Positions 1 to 12,771 are shown, numbered from the stretch's first letter. The stretch is 64,000 nucleotides of DNA from an uncultured Gemmatimonadaceae bacterium (GCA_963716745.1 OY970320.1:2368001-2432000); one strand, 5' to 3'. Numbers and translations are program-made. Notes: generated by a model not told the origin, from the sequence alone.

Positions 1-2039
1 ACGCCGACCGATCGTTCTACGCGCGCCGCGCTCCGCGCCACCGCCCTCGCGCTCGCGCTGTTCGGCCTTGTGCCCATGGCGAACTGGCTGAGCGGCGGGC
101 ACGCCGTGATCTGGTGGGGCGCTGCCATGCAGGACTGGCTGTTGTGGGGCGCCGTGACCGTGATCGCGGCGCTCGCGATCGCGCGCGCGGGAGGCGAGGC
201 CGTGAGCGATGCGTGCGCGAACGCTTGGCGGCGTGTGATGGCGCCGAGTGCGCTGCGCTTCGGGGCCATTGTCTTCTGCGTGACGCTGGCGCTGTCGCTC
301 GCGCTCGCGGCGTACTGCTTCGCACGGCAGCCGCACTCGATCGACGAGATGGAGGCGCTCTGGCAGGCGCGCATCTACGCGTCCGGCCATTTCGCGATCG
401 CACCGTTCGCGCACCGCGAATTCGTGTCGATGATGAACGTGATCGACTGGGACCGGTGGTACACGCTGTTCCCCGCCGGCGGGCCGGCGCTGCTGACGGT
501 CGGCATTCTCGCGGGCGCGGCGTGGCTCGTGAATCCGCGTGTGCGCCGCGATCGGCGTGGCGGCGACGTACGCATTCGTGCGGCGCGCGTACGACGAGTC
601 CACCGCGCGCGCGACGGCGATCGTGCTGGCGCTCTCGCCGTTCTTCCTGTTCATGGCGGCGGGCTACCAGAATCACGTGCCGGCGCTCGCCGCGCTCGCG
701 CTCGCGCTCGCGGCGCTCGGCGCGTGGCGCACCGCGGCCACGCCGCGCGCCGCGACGATCGCGAGCGTGGGCGTGGGCTTCGCGCTCGGCGCGCTCGTGG
801 CGATCCGCCCGCTGGACGGCGCGCTCGCGGCGGGAGTGTTCGGGATCTTCCAGGCGGTGAACATTGCGCGGCGCAGCGGCGCCGCGACGTGGAGCTCGCT
901 GGGCGCGCAGGCGCTCGCGGGCGCGGTGCCGGTGGCGTTCTTGCTGCTCGCCAACGCGAAGAGCACCGGGCATCCGTTCACGTTCGCGTACGGCGTGATG
1001 TGGAGCGGCACGTCGATGGGATTCGGCGCGAGTCCATTCGGCGAAGCGCACACGCCCGTGCGCGCGCTCGTGCTGCTGTCGCAGAACCTGATGCGGCTCG
1101 ACCTGTACATGTTCGAGTGGCCAGTGCCCGGGATCCTGCTGGCGCTGTTGACGCTCGTGCTGCTGCGCGCGCCGAGCGATTGGGATCTGCTCGCGGCCGG
1201 GCTCATCGTGGCATTCCTGTGCGGCTACGCGCTGTACTGGCACGAGGGATTCTGGGTGGGGCCGCGATTCATCTATCCCACGGTGCCGCTGTGGGTGCTC
1301 TTCACCGTGCGCGCGCCGGCGCTTGCTCGCGTCGCGTACGGAGAACGTGCTCTACCGGCGGGCTGCGTTCATCTCTGATCCCGCTGTGCATGGTGGCGAG
1401 CATCGTGATGCCATCCACGACAATGGGCGCGCGCATGCGCGCGGAGCGGTACCACGAATCGCTCTGGCAGCTGCGCACCGACATCGCCGCCGAGGCGCAG
1501 GCGGCGGGACTCAAGAACGCGTTGGTGGTGGTGCACGAATCGTGGGGTGCGCGGATCATGGCGCGCATGTGGGCGCTGGGCGTGCCGCGGCGCGACGCGG
1601 AGATGCTGCTGGCGCAGAGCGACGCATGCGCGCTGGAATTGGCGCTGCTCGTGGAGGAATCACCGCCGGGCGGCGATCCGGCGGGACTCGTGGAGCGTCT
1701 GCGCGCCGCGACGCCGCCGAGCGAGCGCGCCGCGCTCGCGCCGCGGCCGGACATCACGTCGGACGGGACGCTGCTGTTCTCCGATCATGGACCGTTCACG
1801 AAGCAATGCGCGGAGAATGTGCTGGCGGACAGCGCGGGGACGTCGTTGTACCCACCGTTCCTGGCGCAGAATCGGGTGACGCGCGAGGGAGAATTAGGAG
1901 GGGACGTGATATACGTGCGCGATCTTGGGCGGGCATAATCTCGCGCTGAGAAAATCGTACGGGGATCGGGTTTGGTATCATTACATCCCGCGTGCATCGC
2001 GCCACCGACTCGAGTCCGGTGTTCGTCAAGTACCACTAA
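1..2039 (+). CDS. Multi-pass membrane protein, ArnT/PMT (GT-C fold) glycosyltransferase-like; 5' end outside window; several apparent frameshifts
   Basis: Frame open from base 1. Hydrophobic helices and a periplasmic DE motif (HSIDEMEALWQA). Coding continues in ORF 539..1378, then in the tail of 70..1938; probable true stop TAA at 2037-2039. Frame breaks near 540, 1370, 1930 and 2000. Confidence 0.6.
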
Positions 2040-2395
2040 CGGCGTGAGTCGCGACCCGAACGACGTGACTCGTACCCCGAACTCCGTGAGTACCGAGTCG
2101 TGCGTGGACCAGATTGTGAGGCGTGACTCGCACCCCGAACCCCGTGAGTCGCGACCCGAACGTACGTGAGTCGTACCCCGAACCCCGTGAGTACCGAGTC
2201 GTGCGTCGAACTGACCGTGAGGCGTGACTCGCGACCCCGACAGTCCGTGAGTCGACTCACGACGTCGTGGGTTGGACTCACGACGTTCGGGGTGCGACGC
2301 ACGCAGTGTGAGGCGGTACGACGCACGACTCGGTACTCACGGAGTTCGGGGTACGAGTCACGGCGTTCGGGGTGCGACGCACGCCGTTCGTAGTT
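2038..2395. repeat. Palindromic composite repeat, family A (21-nt units, about 68-bp inverted arms)
   Basis: Left arm aacggcgtgagtcgcgacccgaacgacgtgactcgtaccccgaactccgtgagtaccgagtcgtgcgt (from 2038) matches the reverse complement of about 2321-2388 with few mismatches. Internal direct copies; right terminus GTAGTT. Confidence 0.92.
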
Positions 2396-3152
2396 AGTCG
2401 CGCACGAGCCGCGCCTGCGCTCCGCTCGTCCACGCCGCCGCGAGGATGTGCCAGAATGCCGCCACTCCATCCCGCCACGTGATCTTCTTCCCCTCTGCGT
2501 ACGTGCGCCCATGGTAGCTGATCGGCACTTCGTACACGCGCGCGCCCATCTGTGAGAGGCGCGCGACGATCTCCGGCTCGATGCCGAAGCGCTCGCGCGT
2601 GAGGTGCATGATCCGGAAACTCTCGCGCGTGAAGGCTTTGTAGCCCACTTCCATGTCGGTCAGGTTCAGGTTGGTGAACATGTTGGACATGAACGTGAGC
2701 GCGCCGTTGCCCATGCGGTGGTAGAAGTACAGCACGCGATGCGCGCCGGCGCCGCCGAAACGGGTGCCGCACACGGCGTCGGCGTGTCCGTCCAGAATGG
2801 GCGCGATCAGCGCGGGAATGTCGGTGGGATCGTACTCGAGGTCGGCGTCCTGGATCACGACGATATCGCCCGTCGCCTCGGCGCGTGCCGTCTGCACCGC
2901 CGAGCCTTTGCCGCGATTCTGCTCGTGCCGCGCGATCTTCATCGTGCCGCCCGACGCTTCGGCGCGCTTGGTCAGCCGCTCGAACGTGCCGTCCTTCGAA
3001 CAATCATCCACCGCGACGATCTGCAGGCTGACGCCGTCGCTCTTGAGGCGCGCGCCGAGCGCCGCGAGCGCATCGAGCGTGCGGTCGATCGTCGCGGCTT
3101 CGTTGTAGCACGGGATCAATACGGAGAGTGTGACCGGAGATGGGCGGATCAA
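2394..3152 (-). CDS. Glycosyltransferase family 2 (polyprenol-phosphate mannose synthase-like)
   Basis: SVLIPCYNE, VDDCSKDGT, NRGKG, IQDADLEYDP and RTYAEGKKI motifs. Confidence 0.92.
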   Translation of the reverse strand: MIRPSPVTLSVLIPCYNEAATIDRTLDALAALGARLKSDGVSLQIVAVDDCSKDGTFERLTKRAEASGGTMKIARHEQNRGKGSAVQTARAEATGDIVVIQDADLEYDPTDIPALIAPILDGHADAVCGTRFGGAGAHRVLYFYHRMGNGALTFMSNMFTNLNLTDMEVGYKAFTRESFRIMHLTRERFGIEPEIVARLSQMGARVYEVPISYHGRTYAEGKKITWRDGVAAFWHILAAAWTSGAQARLVRD

Positions 3153-3340
3153 TGGGTCTTCATCTTCTCCAGGCTGTCCATCTGCGCGTCCGGATCCGAC
3201 TTCACCTTATCCCGATTGCTGCCGCCCACCGCGTGGACGGCGCGCACGTAGATCGGATCGTTATAGATCTCGTGATCGTCCCAGCCGAACCAATAACCGG
3301 CGCAGAGGCCGGCGACGAGGATGAGCAGATACTTCAGCAT
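3149..3340 (-). CDS. Small hypothetical protein with N-terminal membrane anchor
   Basis: 63 aa, hydrophobic N-terminus, 4-nt overlap with the downstream GT2 gene. Confidence 0.7.
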   Translation of the reverse strand: MLKYLLILVAGLCAGYWFGWDDHEIYNDPIYVRAVHAVGGSNRDKVKSDPDAQMDSLEKMKTH

Positions 3341-3364
3341 ATGCCGTCCAGAGAGGGTGAGCCG

Positions 3365-4003
3365 CTATAGGAAAAGACTCGCCGCGCCCTCGGCCGGTAA
3401 CGCCGGCGCCGGGCGGAAGCCGCCCCGTTCCGGGAGCGGTTCGGGGGCGCCGGTCATCTGCCCTTTCGCCCGCTCCGCGGCGAGCCACGTGTCGAATTCC
3501 GACGGTATAGCGCCCCCGGAAGCGTCGAGCCGCTGCGCGGCGCGTACGGCGAGGAAATTGGCGTACTCGTTCTGCACGTGTCCTTTGTGGCCGCGCACCC
3601 AGCGCCAGTCGATCTCGTGGCCGCGCGACGCGGCGGCGAGCTCCTGCCAGAGCGCGAGGTTCTCGAGCGCACCGCCCTTCCGGCGCCAGCCGCGCCGGAT
3701 CCAGCCGGGCACCCATTCGCGCATGCCTTTCACGAGATACTGCGAATCGCTCGTGAACACCACCGACGCGCGCTCGCCCTTGGCCGAGAAGATCCGCAGC
3801 GCCTCGAGCGCGGAGCGGATCGCCATCCGGTTGTTGGTGGTGGCCGGATCGGAGATCCAGAAATCCAGGCGCACGAGCGCGCCGGAACGCGGGTGGCGCA
3901 GTTCGATCACGCCGCCGGCGCCGCCGGGATTGTCGCCATCCTGCCCGTTGCCGAGGCACGATTCGTCGGCGTACACGGCGACGAGCGGCATGACGTCGCT
4001 CAC
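3365..4003 (-). CDS. rnhA: Ribonuclease HI
   Basis: YADESCLGN, NPGGAG, TTNNRM, SDSQYL, GWxRKGG, WVRGHKGHxxNE motifs. Confidence 0.93.
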   Translation of the reverse strand: MSDVMPLVAVYADESCLGNGQDGDNPGGAGGVIELRHPRSGALVRLDFWISDPATTNNRMAIRSALEALRIFSAKGERASVVFTSDSQYLVKGMREWVPGWIRRGWRRKGGALENLALWQELAAASRGHEIDWRWVRGHKGHVQNEYANFLAVRAAQRLDASGGAIPSEFDTWLAAERAKGQMTGAPEPLPERGGFRPAPALPAEGAASLFL

Positions 4004-4218
4004 GCGATCACCTGGATGCTGTCCACCTCGTCGATGTAGAAGACGAGCGGTTGGCCGGTGGACGGGTGCACGCTCTCGAGCCGCTCGCGCCCGCCGTCGA
4101 GCACCAGCCGTTCCGCGACGACGACATACTCCGTGCCGCGGCGCAGGATCACGAGGCGTCCGCGATCGGTGACCGCGCGCTCCAATGCGTCGTACTGCGC
4201 GGGCGTCAGGCGGGCCAC
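4000..4218 (-). CDS. Small hypothetical protein (72 aa)
   Basis: C-terminal part of ORF 4000..4578 reads as globular protein from GTG at 4218; overlaps both neighbours as in an operon. Confidence 0.7.
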   Translation of the reverse strand: MARLTPAQYDALERAVTDRGRLVILRRGTEYVVVAERLVLDGGRERLESVHPSTGQPLVFYIDEVDSIQVIA

Positions 4219-5387
4219 GCGCCGCTTCCTCCGCACCAGCTCGCGACGAGGCCCGTGAGCACGTTCGTGGCGGTCTCCACCTCGGCGAGGGGCACGAACT
4301 CCGCCGCGGCGTGCGCGAGCCCGATGTCGCCGGGGCCGTAGCAGATCGCGGGAATGCCGGCCTCGTTGAGCAACGCGGCGTCGGTCCACGCGCTCATGCC
4401 GGCGAGGCGCGCGGCGCCACCATCCGCCGCGATCGCCTGGCTGAGCGCGCGCACGACCGGCGCGTCGGGCGCGACATCGCTCGGGCGCTGCGCGAGATCC
4501 AGCGCGACCTCGGCATTGAACTCGGGACGGCGCGCTTTGACCCGTGCGCACGCGGCGCGCACTTCTTCGAGCGCGCACTCCGCGGTGTCACCCGGCAGCG
4601 TGCGCCACTCGATGCGCAGCACGCAGCGGTCGGGGTACGTGGTCATGCCGCTGCCGCCTTCGATCGACGACGCGTGCAGCGAGCCGCGCCCGAGCAGCGG
4701 GTGCGTGCGCGCGCTGAGCGCGCCGGCGTCGAACGCGTCGAGCTCGGCGAGCAGGAGTCCGGCGAGGCGAATGGCGTCGATGCCGATGTCGTAGCGGCTG
4801 CCGTGCGCGGCGCGCCCCTTCACCGTGATCGTGAACCACGCGAAGCCGCGGTGCGCGGGCATGATCGTGAGGCGCGTGGGCTCCGTGATCACGGCGGCGT
4901 CGGCGCGCACGCCGGTGGCGAGGAGCGCGCGCGTGCCGATGCTCGCCCACTCTTCATCGGCCACGGCGGCGATGATCACTTCGCCGGGGAGCGCCGCGGC
5001 GGCATGCGCACGCACAGCCGCGGCGCACATCGCGGCCACTCCGCCCTTCATGTCGGCCGAGCCGCGCGCGTAGAGTTTGCCGTCGCGCTCCTCGGCGGCG
5101 AACGGCTCGTGGATCATGCCGTCGACGCCGACGACGTCGAGATGGCCGTTGAGCATGAGCGAGCGGCCGCCGCGCGCCGTGCCGATGCGGGCGATCACGT
5201 TCGGGCGGCCGGGCGCGGCGTCGCGGATCTCGACGCGGAATCCCCACTGCCCGAGGACCGCGGCGAGGGCGCGCGCGGCGGCGCTCTCGCCGGGCGCGCC
5301 GGCGGCGAGCGACGGATTGCGGGAATCGATGCGGGCGAGGAGTCGCAGCAGCGCGAGCGCGTCGCCGACGCCAGGCGCCGAACTCAT
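4206..5387 (-). CDS. M20 metallopeptidase, ArgE/DapE family deacylase
   Basis: NGHLDVV, ARGSADMKGG, ADEE, ITEPT, GRAAHGS and the C-terminal AHAAAE motif. Confidence 0.92.
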   Translation of the reverse strand: MSSAPGVGDALALLRLLARIDSRNPSLAAGAPGESAAARALAAVLGQWGFRVEIRDAAPGRPNVIARIGTARGGRSLMLNGHLDVVGVDGMIHEPFAAEERDGKLYARGSADMKGGVAAMCAAAVRAHAAAALPGEVIIAAVADEEWASIGTRALLATGVRADAAVITEPTRLTIMPAHRGFAWFTITVKGRAAHGSRYDIGIDAIRLAGLLLAELDAFDAGALSARTHPLLGRGSLHASSIEGGSGMTTYPDRCVLRIEWRTLPGDTAECALEEVRAACARVKARRPEFNAEVALDLAQRPSDVAPDAPVVRALSQAIAADGGAARLAGMSAWTDAALLNEAGIPAICYGPGDIGLAHAAAEFVPLAEVETATNVLTGLVASWCGGSGAWPA

Positions 5388-5400
5388 GCGGAGCGCGGAG

Positions 5401-5832
5401 CTAGCGTTTCTTCTTCGCGGGTTTCTTCTTCGCGGCGGGTTTCTTCTTCGCGCCGGCCTTCCCCTTCTTCCCCTTGGAACGGCTCTTGTGCGCGGCCTCG
5501 ACCTCGACCATGAGCTTGTCGACTTCCTCCTGCATCATCTGGCCGCGGCGCACCATGTACTGGAGCAGATCGCGCGCGCTCTCGAGGGGGAATTCACCGA
5601 GTCCGGCCGCGGCGCCGATCACGTCCTTCATCGCCGCCGACATCTTGCTGCCGGCTTCGAGGCTGATCTCGTGCGCGCGCGCCGCCATTTCGGCGACCGT
5701 ATCGCGCACATCTTGCCCGCGGTGTCCAGGTCCGCGGCGAGGAACTCCGGGCGTTCCGGGTGCGCCCGGCACGCCGGGGGTTGCGGGCGGGACGGTCGGC
5801 TTGCTATCTGCAACGAGTGGCTTATCCGGCAT
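5401..5832 (-). CDS. Hypothetical helical protein with Lys/Ala/Pro-rich tail (phasin PhaF-like architecture)
   Basis: ATG at 5832; amphipathic helical core (LLQYMVRRGQMMQEEVDKLM) and tail KKKPAAKKKPAKKKR. Confidence 0.6.
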   Translation of the reverse strand: MPDKPLVADSKPTVPPATPGVPGAPGTPGVPRRGPGHRGQDVRDTVAEMAARAHEISLEAGSKMSAAMKDVIGAAAGLGEFPLESARDLLQYMVRRGQMMQEEVDKLMVEVEAAHKSRSKGKKGKAGAKKKPAAKKKPAKKKR

Positions 5833-6035
5833 GTTGGGTCGAGCTCCGAGTCGAACGGCGATGAGCGCGAGAAAGTGTGCGCTGCAAGAATTGGTCGTGT
5901 CGCAGGCGTAAGTATAAGATTCTGCGAGCGCGGTGCAAGGGAACCTAAAGTCCAATATCAGGGCGGCTGCATGACATTTCAGAGACAATTACTGCCAATC
6001 ATGCCAGAAAATAGCGCCATTTTCGCGCCATTATA

Positions 6036-7145
6036 ATGCCAAATATAGCACATTTACCGCTAAATGGCGTCCGCGTGCTCGATCTCTCGCGCGTGCTCGC
6101 CGGACCACTCGCGACGATGATGCTCGGCGATCTCGGCGCCGATGTCATCAAGATCGAGCGGCCGGAGCTCGGCGACGAGACGCGCAGCTGGGGACCGCCC
6201 TTCGACGCGCGCGGAGAGAGCGCGTATTTCCTGAGCATCAACCGGAACAAGCTCTCGGTGGCCGCCGATTTCTCGATCGCCGCCGATCGCGCGCTGTTGG
6301 ATGCGCTGATCGACCGCGCCAATGTGGTGATCGACAATTTCCTCCCCGGAGCTCTCGAGCGCGCCGGCTTCGCGCCCGACGAACTCGTGCTTCAGCGTCC
6401 CGAACTCACCTGGTGCACGATCACCGGCTTCGGACCGGACAGCGACCGCCCCGGCTACGACTACGTGATCCAGGCCGAGCGCGGCTGGATGGCGATCACC
6501 GGGCCCGTCGCGGGCGCCCCGACCAAGATCGGTGTGGCACTCGCCGATGTCATCGCGGGGAAGGATACGGCGATCGCGGTCCTCGGCGCGCTCGTCGCGC
6601 GCTATCGCACAGGGCGCGGCGCGCGACTGTTCACCTCGCTCGCGCACAGCGCATCCGCCGCGCTCGTGAACGTGGCGCAGAACGCGCTCGTGAGCGGCGC
6701 CGAGCCCAAGCGCTGGGGGAACGCGCATCCCAATCTCGTGCCCTACGAGATGTTCGCGGCGCGCGATCGCGGCATCGTCGTCGCGGTGGGGAGTGACGCG
6801 CAATGGGTCGCGTGCACGCGCGCGCTGGGCCTCGACGCGCTCGCGGCCGACCCGTCGCTCGCGACCAACGCGGGGCGGCTCGCGCAGCGGGAGCGGATCG
6901 CGGCAGCGATGGGCGAGCGGCTGCGTGAGCGTGACGCGCGCCATTGGTGCGACGCGCTGGATGCGGCGGGCGTGCCGAACGGCGTCGTGAAGGGGGTGCT
7001 CGAGTCGCTGCGCGACATCGACGCGAACGCGCTCACCGGCGTGGCGCCGCTCGAGCCGCACCTCGGCACCGTGCGCCGGCCGCCGCCGATGCTCAATGAG
7101 CACGGCGCGCTCGTGCGCGCGCGCGGCTGGGACGCGTTCGCGTGA
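6036..7145 (+). CDS. CaiB/BaiF family III CoA transferase
   Basis: VRVLDLSRVLAGP, LGADVIKIERP, NRNKLS and RPGYD motifs. Confidence 0.93.
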   Translation: MPNIAHLPLNGVRVLDLSRVLAGPLATMMLGDLGADVIKIERPELGDETRSWGPPFDARGESAYFLSINRNKLSVAADFSIAADRALLDALIDRANVVIDNFLPGALERAGFAPDELVLQRPELTWCTITGFGPDSDRPGYDYVIQAERGWMAITGPVAGAPTKIGVALADVIAGKDTAIAVLGALVARYRTGRGARLFTSLAHSASAALVNVAQNALVSGAEPKRWGNAHPNLVPYEMFAARDRGIVVAVGSDAQWVACTRALGLDALAADPSLATNAGRLAQRERIAAAMGERLRERDARHWCDALDAAGVPNGVVKGVLESLRDIDANALTGVAPLEPHLGTVRRPPPMLNEHGALVRARGWDAFA

Positions 7146-7159
7146 CCCGCCGCTAGCCG

Positions 7160-8272
7160 GTGCGCTACCTCGGCAACAAGACGCGGCTCCTGCCGTTCAT
7201 CACGGGCGCGATCGCGCGCCTCGGGATCCGGCCCGGTCGCGCGCACGACGCGTTCGCCGGCACCGCGAGCGTGGGGAGGGCGCTCAAGCAGCGCGGATGG
7301 CGCGTGGCGTCGAGCGATCTCATGACGTACTCGTACGTGTTCCAGCGTGCGTACGTCGTGGCGCAGCGGGTGCCGAGCTTCGCGGAGCTGCGCGCGGCGG
7401 ACCCGGAGCTGCGCCGCGCGCTGCGCAGTGCGCGATTCTCGCGGGCGGTAGCGGCGCGCGGTGGCGGCGCGCTGAACGCAGCCGCGGAATACCTCGCGAA
7501 GTGGATCGATCCCGAACCCGGTTTCGTGACGAAGAATTTCTCCCCGGCCGGCGATCGCATGTTCTTCACCGAGGCGAACGCCGAGCGCATCGATACCGTG
7601 CGTTCGCGCCTCGAGACGTGGCGCACCGAGGGGCTGCTGGGCGACGACGGCTACTATTTGCTGCTCGCGGCGCTGCTGGAAGGCGCCGACCGGGTGGCCA
7701 ATACAGCGGGCGTGTACGCGGCCTACATCAAGAGTTGGCAGTCGAACGCGAGGCGCTCGCTGGACCTCGTGCTCACGCCGCCCCAGCGCGGCGCGCGCGG
7801 TTCGACGGCGCACGTCGGCGACGCGGCGATCGTGGCGCGTAACGTGGGCGTCGTGGACCTGCTCTACGTGGATCCTCCGTACAACTCCCGGCAGTATTCG
7901 GGCTACTACCACGTGCCCGAACTGATCGCGCGCGGCTGGTTCGACCAGCGGCCGGCGCTCGCCGGGAAGACGGGCCTGCCGGCCCGTGGCGCCACGCAGA
8001 GCGCGTGGTGCAGGCCGAAGCAGGTGCAGGGTGAGCTGGAGCGCCTGCTGGCCGCCACAGAGGCGCGGCACGTACTCGTGAGCTACAACTCCGAGGGTCA
8101 TCTCACCGAGAACGCGCTGCGCCGAGCATTGACCGAATGTTCGGTGGACGGAAAGGTGCGCCGTTTCACGAAGGCATACGCGCGCTACCGCGCCGATTCG
8201 GATCACGCGCGCCGAAGATATCGCGATGACGGATTGAAAGAATTGTTGTACTACGCGCGGCTACGTCGATAA
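7160..8272 (+). CDS. DNA adenine methyltransferase, D12 class (M.NlaIII/M.FokI-like)
   Basis: RYLGNK start, DAFAGTASV SAM-binding motif, catalytic YVDPPYN motif, SYNSEG. Confidence 0.9.
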   Translation: MRYLGNKTRLLPFITGAIARLGIRPGRAHDAFAGTASVGRALKQRGWRVASSDLMTYSYVFQRAYVVAQRVPSFAELRAADPELRRALRSARFSRAVAARGGGALNAAAEYLAKWIDPEPGFVTKNFSPAGDRMFFTEANAERIDTVRSRLETWRTEGLLGDDGYYLLLAALLEGADRVANTAGVYAAYIKSWQSNARRSLDLVLTPPQRGARGSTAHVGDAAIVARNVGVVDLLYVDPPYNSRQYSGYYHVPELIARGWFDQRPALAGKTGLPARGATQSAWCRPKQVQGELERLLAATEARHVLVSYNSEGHLTENALRRALTECSVDGKVRRFTKAYARYRADSDHARRRYRDDGLKELLYYARLRR

Positions 8273-8466
8273 ATCAGATACGGTTGTGAAAGAATCAGAA
8301 ACAGGCGTTCGTGGTACGCGTTTGGAACTGCGAAAAAACCGTTACTCCGCGCTCGGAAATTCGTCTTATGGACATGGCGACTGCTGCTCGACCGCAGGTT
8401 CGGTCCAGGGCCCGAGTCAGAGGGCTGTCCGTAGGGCGAACAAAGCGTTACACTTTTGCCGTGAAG

Positions 8467-9030
8467 ATGAGTGTAATGGCCTCCCGCCCCGCGGATCCGC
8501 TCGAGGCGGATCATGAAGTGATCGCCCGTGTATTGCAGGGTGATCGCAACGCCTTCGGCTCCCTGATCGGCCGCTACAGCGATCCGCTGTACCGCCATGC
8601 TTTGGGAATGACAGGCAGTCCCGACGTCGCCGAGGATATCCTGCAAGCGTCGTTCATCAAGGCGCACGCGCACCTCGCCGAGGTGCATGGGCGGTTCGAT
8701 GCTTGGATCTTCAGGATCGTGGCGAACGGGTGCAAGGATTGGCTGAAGAACATCCGGCGCACGCATCTCAGCTATGAGGAGGACGACCAGCCGTCGTCCT
8801 TTGCGACACCGGAAGATGAATTGGACCGTACGGAGCTCAGGTCGGATCTCGACCGGGCGCTGCAGGCTCTGGCGCCGTCGCTCCGAGAAGCTTTCGTGAT
8901 GAAGCATGTGGAAGGACGGTCATACGAGGAGATGGCCGACCTGTTGGGCACGACCGTCGGAGCGCTGAAAATGCGCGTCCACCGCGCGCGTGAAGCTCTC
9001 CAAGCCCTTCTCGAGGATAAGTACGCATAA
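8467..9030 (+). CDS. ECF sigma-70 factor
   Basis: Region 2 (AEDILQ...FDAWIFRIVANGCKD) and region 4 (GRSYEEMADLLGTTVGALKMRVHRAR). Start codon uncertain. Confidence 0.93.
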   Translation: MSVMASRPADPLEADHEVIARVLQGDRNAFGSLIGRYSDPLYRHALGMTGSPDVAEDILQASFIKAHAHLAEVHGRFDAWIFRIVANGCKDWLKNIRRTHLSYEEDDQPSSFATPEDELDRTELRSDLDRALQALAPSLREAFVMKHVEGRSYEEMADLLGTTVGALKMRVHRAREALQALLEDKYA

Positions 9031-9446
9031 TGCTAGACAACCTGGATCCAAACGAACCGCGGCTGCCGAAGACGCGTGAAACGCCGGCCGAGTCGCGTCC
9101 CCTTGCCGACCGCGAAGTGCCCCTGACGGGCCGCGCCGGCGCTGCGTCCTTGCACGCGTGGCTCGACGGCGAGATGCCCGAGAGCGCGGCGCGTGTTGGC
9201 GACGTGACGCGCGACGTGGACTTCTGGGTGCGCCTGGAAGGCGATCTGAAGGCGCGCCGCCAGATGAGCGCGCCGGCCGACCTGCAGAGCCGGATCATGA
9301 GCGCCATCGGCACTGCGAGCCCGGCTGCGGCGTCGAAGTGGTACGCCAAGAACGTCACGATGACGGTCTCCATGGCGGCCGCGACGTCGATCGGTCTGTT
9401 CTTGTTCGGCCTACTGGCGGGCGTGGCGATTTATTACGCGCGCTGA
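9030..9446 (+). CDS. Putative membrane-anchored anti-sigma factor
   Basis: TAATG overlap with the sigma gene, LHAWLDGE motif, APADL and a C-terminal TM helix. Confidence 0.7.
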   Translation: MLDNLDPNEPRLPKTRETPAESRPLADREVPLTGRAGAASLHAWLDGEMPESAARVGDVTRDVDFWVRLEGDLKARRQMSAPADLQSRIMSAIGTASPAAASKWYAKNVTMTVSMAAATSIGLFLFGLLAGVAIYYAR

Positions 9447-9472
9447 ACTGCCGCTGAGTTCCTTGTACGATC

Positions 9473-9504
9473 GCCGGCCCTCGAAAGGGGGCCGGTTTTC
9501 GTTT
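9473..9504 (+). terminator. Rho-independent terminator
   Basis: gccggccc-tcgaaagg-gggccggt stem-loop followed by tttcgttt. Confidence 0.75.
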
Positions 9505-9511
9505 GAGGAGC

Positions 9512-9626
9512 AACTACGCGGGACGCGGGAATCGGGAATCGCCGCGGGACGCGTGAACGGCGCGTCGGGCCAGCGCGCAGTTCTCGCTCACCGCGGCGAG
9601 TCCCGAGTCCCGCATCCCGCGTAGTT
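9512..9626. repeat. Palindromic repeat, family B (7-nt unit NNCGGGA)
   Basis: aactacgcgggacgcgggaatcgggaatcgccgcgg ... ccgcggcgagtcccgagtcccgcatcccgcgtagtt. Confidence 0.9.
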
Positions 9627-10092
9627 CAGCGCGAAAGCCTTCGCTCCAAGATGATCAGATCCACCCGCGGCCGGTAAAGATCACGCACCCGCCCCGACTC
9701 CGTGAATCGGCACGCAAGAAGCAGCTTGAGCGCGGGGGCGAGCGCCGGGTCGCCGGCCAGCTCGGCGACGAACAGGCGGGTGCCGCGGGCGCGCAGGGCC
9801 TCGCCTGCGGCCGCCATTAGCGCACTGCCGACGCCTCTGCGCCGCCGCGACGGATGCACGCTCACGCCGACAAGCGCGGCCGTTCCCTCGGTGCCCGCCA
9901 CGGCCTCCGCGAGGATCACGCCGGCGAGATCACCATGCTCCGCGAACGCGAGCGCGATATCCGGCGAGTGGTCGAGCCGCTCGCGGGCCTTCGCCAAGTA
10001 TCGCGCGAGCACCACATCGCCCGTGAGCAGGGCGCGCGCGGCGCGATGGTCCTCCGGAGCGAGGGGACGAATGCCCGCCGCGCCGGCGAGGG

Positions 10093-10096
<4 letters not shown>
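9626..10096 (-). CDS. GNAT family N-acetyltransferase
   Basis: VHPSRRRRGVGSALM acetyl-CoA motif. Start uncertain, placed at the overlap with the lpdA stop. Confidence 0.82.

Positions 10097-12771
<2,675 letters not shown>

Noticed and set aside
2038..2395. CRISPR array, or the short ORFs (1972..2169, 2036..2512, 2166..2393) crossing this repeat
   Set aside because: No constant repeat with unique spacers; the ORFs are translations of the repeat units.
7160..8460. Complete restriction-modification or defence island
   Set aside because: No endonuclease, specificity subunit or other defence gene next to the methyltransferase.
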